A DNA stretch of 64,000 nt from Candidatus Woesearchaeota archaeon (GTDB lineage: Archaea > Nanobdellota > Nanobdellia > SCGC-AAA011-G17 > PNOQ01), in assembly GCA_964471565.1 (NCBI GenBank), contig CAYYFK010000002.1:849-64848 (forward strand). Reading direction: 5' to 3'. Every line of letters begins with the position of its first letter. Position 1 is the stretch's first letter. Shown one piece after another: positions 57,353 through 64,000 of the stretch. The notes beneath the pieces were generated by a model. The model searched no databases. It was given only the letters and a program-made list of their open reading frames with translations, and was not told the origin of the DNA. A program made the position numbers and the translations under genes.

Positions 57353-58803
57353 TAACTCTTAGCAATATAAACAATTTCCTTTGCAGGTTTTCCACACACT
57401 ATACATTTTCCTTTAGCTTTCTCTTTTTTATTTGCTAAGGTTCCACGTACCTCTGCCAAAATATCTTTCTCAATTTTTTCAGCACATTTCAGTCCTTCTT
57501 CACTAACAGAGCACCAATCAACACGACCAATTTTCCCTTCATCCATAGCTCTCTTAAGTTCACTTTTAGTTTTACAATTAACAATCCTTCCGCGCATTAA
57601 TTTCCCAGAATTTTTTAATAGTCTATCATCAAATTCTTTTCCAAATTTATTTAGATTTTTTAATTCGGAAATAGATATATTGCTTTTCTCGCAAGTGTCT
57701 CTAACAAATAAAGTTAGTTTTTTATTTTTTACTTCTTTTTCACCAATTTCTAATCTAAACGGAACTCCCTTAAGTTCCCACTCATTAAATTTCCAACCTG
57801 GACTATAATCTTCTCTATCATCAATTTCGTAACTAATATCCATCAACTTAAGTGCTTTCTCAATTTTCTCAATATATTTTAAAACTTTATTTTTATTATT
57901 TTTCTTATATATAGGAACAACAACTAAGTTTATTGGAGAAATGCAATATGGCAAAACTAATCCTTTGTCATCTCCATGAGTTGAAATCACAGAAACTAAT
58001 ATTCTTGAAATTGCAGGACCATATGCAGTAGTATAAAGATATTCTTCTTTTTCATGTTTATCAGTAAATGTTGCTCCAAAAGCTCTGGAAAATATTTGTC
58101 CCATATAATGTGTTGAAGGTTGTTGAATTAATTTGCCATCAGGCATAATAACATCAGAACCAATTGTATACTCGGATCCAGCAAACTTATCCCACTGGGG
58201 TCGCTTCATAGCTAAAAAAGGAACACCAAACTTTCCGTGCATTATTGTTTCTGTGATTTCAATATCCTCTTGAACTTGTGCCTCGGCTTCTTCCCTAGTT
58301 GCAAAAGCGTTATGGGCCTCTATCCAGTTAAATTCTCTTCCTCTAATTAAAGGCCTAGTTGCTTTAGTATCATACCTAAAAACAGATCCCTTTTGATATA
58401 ATTTTAAAGGTAAATCTTTGTGACTTCTAACCCAGTAACCAAACATAGGTGTAAATACAGTTTCACTTGTTGGTCTTAATGCTAACTTTTCTTCATCTTT
58501 GCCTGTTTCCAACCAAAAAACTTCAGGAGTAAATCCTTTTACATGACTAGATTCTTTTTTTAAATTAGATTCTGGAATTACAGAGGGCATAATCACCGGT
58601 TTGTGTCCCTTTCTTTGTAGTTCTTTTTCATAAAGGGCATACATTTTTTCTATAGCCATAGTTCCCCAAGGTCTTATTATAATAAATCCTTTGGTTCCAA
58701 GCCTTAAATCTACTATCTCAGCTTTTTGAATAATTTGAGAATACCACTCTGAAAAGTTTTCATTCTTTTTTACAGTTAGTCCTTCCTGACTTTGTTTTTT
58801 CAT
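57349..58803 (-). CDS. proS: prolyl-tRNA synthetase (archaeal/eukaryal type)
   Basis: Class II motifs, anticodon-binding domain and C-terminal Zn-binding tail CIVCGKPAKEIVYIAKSY. Confidence 0.85.
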   Translation of the reverse strand: MKKQSQEGLTVKKNENFSEWYSQIIQKAEIVDLRLGTKGFIIIRPWGTMAIEKMYALYEKELQRKGHKPVIMPSVIPESNLKKESSHVKGFTPEVFWLETGKDEEKLALRPTSETVFTPMFGYWVRSHKDLPLKLYQKGSVFRYDTKATRPLIRGREFNWIEAHNAFATREEAEAQVQEDIEITETIMHGKFGVPFLAMKRPQWDKFAGSEYTIGSDVIMPDGKLIQQPSTHYMGQIFSRAFGATFTDKHEKEEYLYTTAYGPAISRILVSVISTHGDDKGLVLPYCISPINLVVVPIYKKNNKNKVLKYIEKIEKALKLMDISYEIDDREDYSPGWKFNEWELKGVPFRLEIGEKEVKNKKLTLFVRDTCEKSNISISELKNLNKFGKEFDDRLLKNSGKLMRGRIVNCKTKSELKRAMDEGKIGRVDWCSVSEEGLKCAEKIEKDILAEVRGTLANKKEKAKGKCIVCGKPAKEIVYIAKSY

Positions 58804-58862
58804 AGAACTCTTTGGATTAAACTAACTTTTAAAACTTTTCCTTCCTAAAAAACAAAATAAAG

Positions 58863-58936
58863 CGGGTCCGCCCGGATTTGAACCGGGATCCTTCGGGCCG
58901 AAACCGAAAATTCTATCCAGATTAAACTACGGACCC
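58863..58936 (-). tRNA. tRNA-Arg (anticodon TCG)
   Basis: Minus-strand GGGTCCG/CGGACCC acceptor, anticodon arm TTCGG-TTTCGGC-CCGAA, T-arm CCCGG-TTCAAAT-CCGGG, discriminator G; no CCA. Confidence 0.75.
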
Positions 58937-59086
58937 AATACGCTTAATGTCGAAATACGGCTTCATCGCAAGTTTACACATAAACTCCACCATTCGGCTC
59001 CACATCAAGCTGATTTTATAATCAAAATACACTTTAAATAGCTTACTACCAAAACAAATTTAAACTAAAAGCAATAAAATCTAACT

Positions 59087-61669
59087 ATGTCTCAATTCTA
59101 TAAATTAACAAAAGAGGAAACAATAAAGCAATTACAAACTAATGAAGAAATAGGACTAAAAAATTTAAAAGTAGACTTGAGAAGAAAAAAATACGGTTTA
59201 AATGAAATCACCCATGAAAAGAAGATTTCACCTTTTAAAATATTCTTTCAACAATTCATAAACCCCCTAGTATATATTTTAATAGCAGCAATAATAATAT
59301 CTTTAGCAATTCAACATTTTATAGATGCCTATGTTATTTTAGCTATTGTAATCTTGAATGCTGTTTTAGGATTTACTCAAGAGTATAAAGCAGAAAAGGC
59401 ACTAGAGATGCTAAAAAAGATGGCAGCCCAACATGCCAGGGTTTTAAGGAACGGACATACAAAAGTAATTGAAGCAACTAAATTAGTTCCAGGAGACATA
59501 TTAATTCTAGAAACTGGAGATAAAATTCCCGCAGATGCAAGAATAATAGAATCAGTTAATCTAAGAGTAAATGAAGCAGTTTTAACAGGAGAATCAATAC
59601 CAAAGGATAAAGTTACAAATCCAATAAAAGAAGATTCAGCACTAGCAGACCAACTAAATATGCTTTTTGCAGGAACAGTAGTCGCATACGGTCGAGGAAA
59701 GGCAGTAGTTACAGGAACAGGAAACAAAACAGAGTTTGGTAAGATTGCAGATTCATTACATTCAATAGAAGAACACATGACTCCCCTACAAAGAAAATTA
59801 GGGAAATTTGGAAAAAAATTAGGAATAATAACTTTGGGGATAATTACTGTTGTTTTCTTACTTGGTTTATTGAAAGGAATACCTTTCATAGATTCTTTAA
59901 TGACATCAATTAGTTTAGCTGTAGCAGCAATTCCAGAAGGACTCCCAGCCGTGGTAACTATTTCTTTAGCAATAGGTGTAAAGAGGTTAGTAAAAAATAA
60001 AGCGTTAATAAGAAAACTGGGAGCTGTAGAGACATTAGGTTCTACAACAGTTATTTGTTCAGATAAAACTGGAACAATTACCTCTGGGGAAATGACTGCA
60101 AAAGTAATATACGCTAATAACTCAATAATCAAGGTTTCAGGTTCAGGCTATTCTTTAGACGGTTCCTTTACTGAAAAAGGACAGACATTCAACCCAGAGA
60201 AAATAAATAAACTTCTAGAGGCGTCTTATTTATGCAACAATTCAAATCCACAAGAAAAACAAGGGGCCCCTACAGAATTAGCTCTAAAAATAGTATCACA
60301 AAAAGCAAAAGTAAAAACTAATTTTGAAAGAACAGATGAAATTCCGTTTGATTCTAATAAAAAATATATGGCAACAATAGATAAAAATGGAAAAACAAAG
60401 AACGCTCACGTAAAAGGAGCCCCAGAAATAATTCTAGAGATGTGTAGTCAAATTTTCACAGGAACAAGAACGAGGCCAATGACTGAAAAAGATAAAGAAA
60501 AGATAACAGAAATAAATGATAAGATGGCCAATTCTGCATTAAGAGTTCTCGCATTCGCATATTCTGAAGATGATTCAACAAAAAATCTAATATTTTTAGG
60601 ATTAATAGGGATGCTTGACCCTCCAAGAGAATCAGTTCCTGATGCAATTAAAATTGCTAAAAAAGCAGGAATAAGAGTAGTAATGATAACTGGAGACAAT
60701 GCACTAACCGCAAAAGCAATTTCTTCACAAATAGGAATAAAATCAGAGGTAGTAACTGGAGTTCAATTAGATAGGATGTCGGACGAAGCATTACTAAACA
60801 CAGTAAAACAAGTTTCTATTTTTGCTAGAGTTAATCCGGAGCATAAAGTAAAAATTCTAGAGGCATTTCAAAAAGATAATCAGATTGTAGCAATGACTGG
60901 GGACGGAATTAATGATGCTCCTGCTCTAAAAAAGGCAAATGTGGGTGTAGCAATGGGTATATCTGGAACTGATGTTTCAAAGGAAGCTTCAGATATGATT
61001 ATAATGGATGACCACTTTTCTACAATTGTAGGTGCAATAAAATATGGTAGGTCCATTTATGATAATATAAAGAAATTTGTAAAATTCTTGCTTTCTGCGA
61101 ACCTTGGGGAGATATCTGTAATCTTCTTTTCCTTGCTCTTTTCATTTCCACTTCCATTATTACCCTTACAGATATTATGGGTTAATATAGTAACAGATGG
61201 GCTTCCAGCCTTAGCTTTAGGAAGTGATCCAGCCGAGAAAGATATAATGAAGAGAAAACCACGTTCATCAAAAGAAACAATACTATCTGGAACGAAAGGA
61301 TTCATAATAACCACCACAATAGTAGCAACAATAATTGTTTTAGGTTTATTCTCACTAGAGTATTTTGTAACAGAGAACTTAGAGCGAGCTAGAACGATAG
61401 CGCTTACAACTCTCATATTTTTTGAATTATTCTTGTCATTTTCATGTAGGTCAAAAACAAAGAATATTTTCAAGTTAGGGTTTTTAACAAATAAATATTT
61501 AATCGGAGCAGTTTTATTATCTATAATATTGCATCTGTTCCTACTCTATACTCCACTAGCAGGAATATTTAGTTTAGTAGGATTATATTGGATGGATTGG
61601 GTAAGGATATTGAGTGCATCAATAATTGGAGTTGCAGTATTGGAAGTTAGGAAATTTTTCTTAAAATAA
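59087..61669 (+). CDS. P-type cation-transporting ATPase (Ca2+/type IIA-like)
   Basis: TGES, phosphorylation site CSDKTGTITSG, hinge MTGDGINDAPALKKANVGVAMG, ten predicted TM. Confidence 0.9.
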   Translation: MSQFYKLTKEETIKQLQTNEEIGLKNLKVDLRRKKYGLNEITHEKKISPFKIFFQQFINPLVYILIAAIIISLAIQHFIDAYVILAIVILNAVLGFTQEYKAEKALEMLKKMAAQHARVLRNGHTKVIEATKLVPGDILILETGDKIPADARIIESVNLRVNEAVLTGESIPKDKVTNPIKEDSALADQLNMLFAGTVVAYGRGKAVVTGTGNKTEFGKIADSLHSIEEHMTPLQRKLGKFGKKLGIITLGIITVVFLLGLLKGIPFIDSLMTSISLAVAAIPEGLPAVVTISLAIGVKRLVKNKALIRKLGAVETLGSTTVICSDKTGTITSGEMTAKVIYANNSIIKVSGSGYSLDGSFTEKGQTFNPEKINKLLEASYLCNNSNPQEKQGAPTELALKIVSQKAKVKTNFERTDEIPFDSNKKYMATIDKNGKTKNAHVKGAPEIILEMCSQIFTGTRTRPMTEKDKEKITEINDKMANSALRVLAFAYSEDDSTKNLIFLGLIGMLDPPRESVPDAIKIAKKAGIRVVMITGDNALTAKAISSQIGIKSEVVTGVQLDRMSDEALLNTVKQVSIFARVNPEHKVKILEAFQKDNQIVAMTGDGINDAPALKKANVGVAMGISGTDVSKEASDMIIMDDHFSTIVGAIKYGRSIYDNIKKFVKFLLSANLGEISVIFFSLLFSFPLPLLPLQILWVNIVTDGLPALALGSDPAEKDIMKRKPRSSKETILSGTKGFIITTTIVATIIVLGLFSLEYFVTENLERARTIALTTLIFFELFLSFSCRSKTKNIFKLGFLTNKYLIGAVLLSIILHLFLLYTPLAGIFSLVGLYWMDWVRILSASIIGVAVLEVRKFFLK

Positions 61670-61705
61670 AAAACTATATAAATAAAATTTCTAAAAATTA
61701 ACTTA

Positions 61706-62833
61706 ATGGACAGAAATCTATTTAGAGCATCTGCACTTTTATGTGGAACTGTAATCGGAGCAGGAGTTTTAGGAATTCCTTATGTGATAGCACAAGCAGG
61801 GTTTCTAACTGGACTTTTAACAATACTAATCTTAGGAACAGCCATATTATTCTTGAATTTATTCCTTGGTGAAATAGTACTAAGAACCCCGGGCAATCAC
61901 CAACTTCCCGGATATGCAGAGAAATATCTTGGAAAATGGGGAAAGAGAATTATGTTATTATCTATGTTTGCTGGAATATACGGGGCACTAATTGCATATT
62001 TAATTGGTGAAGGTACAACTCTTTCAGCAATCTTCGGATTTACTCCAATGGTTTTCTCACTAATATTTTTCGTGATAGCATCAATAATAGTCTTCATAGG
62101 TCTAAAAGCAATAACAAAATCAGAATTAATTTTTTCTACAATAGTTTTACTTTTAGTTCTAATAATATCGGCATTTGCAATTTTTTCAGGAAATTTTAAT
62201 TTAGAGAATCTATCTACTTTTAGTCTATCAAATTTGCTAATTCCTTACGGAGTAATTCTTTTTGCATTTGTGGGGGCTGCAGCAATTCCCGAAATGAAGC
62301 AATGTTTAATTAGAGACAGAACCAAATTAAAAAAAGCAATTATAGTTGGTTCAGGGATTCCAATAATATTCTATCTTATATTTGCCTTAGCAACCGTTGG
62401 AGTAACCGGAATAAATACAACAGAAGTGGCCACAATTGGCCTTGGAGAGACACTGGGTAATTCAGTAGTAATCTTCGGAAATCTATTTGCAGTATTTGCA
62501 ATGTTTACATCATTCTTAACATTAGCATTAGCAATGAAACAAATCTATATGTATGATTATAAAATAAAACACCTTTTGGCATGGGCATTAACAGTATTTG
62601 TTCCACTATTAGTTTTTTTGATTGGAGCTAAAAGTTTTATAAAGGTTATAGGAATAACTGGAGCATTTGCTGGAGGAATAGATGGAGTGCTACTAGTTCT
62701 AATGTTCTGGCAAGCTAGAAAAAGAGGAGAGAGGCAACCAGAATATAAACTTGGAAAAAAACATTTAATAGGATTATTACTAGTTTTAATTTTTATAATA
62801 GGAATAATAAATCAGATTTTTGAATTAATTTGA
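61706..62833 (+). CDS. aromatic/hydroxy amino acid permease (HAAAP/TnaB-Mtr-TyrP family)
   Basis: N-terminal SALLCGTVIGAGVLGIPYVIAQAGF signature, 11 TM. Confidence 0.6.
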   Translation: MDRNLFRASALLCGTVIGAGVLGIPYVIAQAGFLTGLLTILILGTAILFLNLFLGEIVLRTPGNHQLPGYAEKYLGKWGKRIMLLSMFAGIYGALIAYLIGEGTTLSAIFGFTPMVFSLIFFVIASIIVFIGLKAITKSELIFSTIVLLLVLIISAFAIFSGNFNLENLSTFSLSNLLIPYGVILFAFVGAAAIPEMKQCLIRDRTKLKKAIIVGSGIPIIFYLIFALATVGVTGINTTEVATIGLGETLGNSVVIFGNLFAVFAMFTSFLTLALAMKQIYMYDYKIKHLLAWALTVFVPLLVFLIGAKSFIKVIGITGAFAGGIDGVLLVLMFWQARKRGERQPEYKLGKKHLIGLLLVLIFIIGIINQIFELI

Positions 62834-62836
62834 CTT

Positions 62837-63262
62837 TTATTCAATTATTATTTCTGCAGGATCACTCCAATAACTTTCAATAACCGGACTATCGATGGCA
62901 GATACTCTATACACATAACGCTCTCCAGGAACTTGAGATCCTAAATTATCAATGTATTTAGTTTCCGAGTCTCCAGTGTAGATTATTGTAACACTTTCTA
63001 CCGTTTCGTTAAATCTGTAAATCTTAAACTCAAGATCTCTGTCATTAAATTGATTGGGCAAAGAATGATAATCCCAGTCCAAAGAAACACTGTAACAATC
63101 CTGACACAAGTTATTATCCTCTAATATTGCAGTCAGATTTGTCGGAGGAGCCAAAACAGATCGCGAATCCGGCCCAAATAAACTTTCAAGTCTACATCCC
63201 TCCAAAGCAACAAAACTAGACAATACGGTAACTCCAATTCCTAACTTTTTTGCAAGATTCAT
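62837..63262 (-). CDS. hypothetical lipoprotein with FN3-like fold
   Basis: Signal peptide with LEGC lipobox-like site; beta-rich 140 aa. Confidence 0.35.
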   Translation of the reverse strand: MNLAKKLGIGVTVLSSFVALEGCRLESLFGPDSRSVLAPPTNLTAILEDNNLCQDCYSVSLDWDYHSLPNQFNDRDLEFKIYRFNETVESVTIIYTGDSETKYIDNLGSQVPGERYVYRVSAIDSPVIESYWSDPAEIIIE

Positions 63263-63287
63263 TAATAATATATAGAACTAATAATAT

Positions 63288-64000
63288 TTAAGGATTTGTT
63301 CTTTGAATTGTTCTTGGAAATGCTATTGCATCTTTTATAGAATCTAATCCACAAATCCACCTAACCAATCTTTCAGTTCCCAAACCAAAACCAGAGTGGG
63401 GAACACTGCCATACTTTCTTGTATCTAAATAATATTTATAATCTTCAACTTTTTCACCAATCTTTTTCAATGAAGAAACTAATTCTTTAATGTCAGTATC
63501 TCTTTCACTCCCACCAATTAACTCTCCGACTCCTTCTGGGCCCAAAGCATCAAAACACAAAGCAACTTTTGAATTCTTTGGATCTTTAGGCTTGTAAAAA
63601 GCCATAGCTTCCTTGGGATAATGAGTAACAAAAACAACGGTATCATAAGCTTCCATTATCTTTTCTTCTTCAGTAGTTCTCAAATCTTTTCCCCATTTGA
63701 CTTTCATGCCTTTTTTATCTAATTTTTTCAGTGCTTCATCGTAGGTTATTCTTGGAAATTTTTTCTTTACAGAAGGTTCCAATTTCTTAATATCTCTCCC
63801 TATGATTTCCAGTTCTTTTTTATTTTCTTTTATAACTTTTTTCAAAACAAATTTAATCATTTCTTCAGCATAATTCATTAGTTGATTCAAATCACACCAA
63901 GCAACTTCCATTTCAGTATGCCAATATTCGGTTAAGTGCCTAGAAGTTTTTGATTTCTCTGCTCTAAACGAAGGAGCAATACAATAAATTTTCTCTAATC
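63288..64000 (-). CDS. asnS: asparaginyl/aspartyl-tRNA synthetase (class IIb; AsnRS-like), partial; N-terminus beyond window end
   Basis: Motif 2 region [23 protein letters not shown] continues upstream of the track start; motif 3 [15 protein letters not shown]...FPR; GGSER resembles AsnRS. Confidence 0.75.
   Translation of the reverse strand, partial: LEKIYCIAPSFRAEKSKTSRHLTEYWHTEMEVAWCDLNQLMNYAEEMIKFVLKKVIKENKKELEIIGRDIKKLEPSVKKKFPRITYDEALKKLDKKGMKVKWGKDLRTTEEEKIMEAYDTVVFVTHYPKEAMAFYKPKDPKNSKVALCFDALGPEGVGELIGGSERDTDIKELVSSLKKIGEKVEDYKYYLDTRKYGSVPHSGFGLGTERLVRWICGLDSIKDAIAFPRTIQRTNP

Noticed and set aside
1-64000. CRISPR arrays, rRNA genes, IS elements and integrases
   Set aside because: No regularly spaced repeats, no rRNA-like conserved stretches, no transposase- or integrase-like ORFs were seen; the only mobile-element-like gene is the LAGLIDADG ORF.

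Overview
AT-rich (about 30% GC), densely packed archaeal chromosome segment with a DPANN-like gene content: reduced informational core, many secreted or C-terminally anchored surface proteins, and bacterial-type AlaRS. I support about 75 protein genes, 3 canonical tRNA genes (Pro-TGG, Cys-GCA, Arg-TCG; none with encoded CCA) and 1 aberrant tRNA-like gene with about 50 nt of unresolved intervening sequence. There is no rRNA, no CRISPR array and no obvious IS element. Housekeeping content: trx-trxB-gdh-grx redox cluster, GlyRS, LeuRS, AlaRS, ProRS, Asn/AspRS (partial), a secE-spt5-L11 cluster separated from L1-L10-P1, L37ae-RpoP-prefoldin beta (exosome-superoperon remnant) next to SepF, FtsZ, aIF5A-L40e, L15e, TFE, Orc1/Cdc6, Taw1, TatD, PRPP synthetase and Dph2-like/ZPR1. 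Accessory and surface content: an archaeosortase-like mini membrane protein divergent from a hyper-acidic repeat surface protein, followed by a MacB-type ABC ATPase plus two FtsX permeases and another anchored protein; two right-handed beta-helix proteins (one disrupted at a G5 tract); vWA, dockerin-like, transglutaminase-like and Cys-rich pilin-signal proteins; a P-type Ca-ATPase. Points of interest: a LAGLIDADG endonuclease ORF ending 2 nt before the odd tRNA-like gene; a duplicated GC-rich promoter-proximal motif at two loci 19 kb apart; L11 with a repetitive acidic tail; a two-domain Dph2. The ORF track uses ATG/GTG/TTG starts, so several listed N-termini are over-extended, and three sub-60-aa genes (RpoP, L40e, small coupled ORFs) are absent from it.
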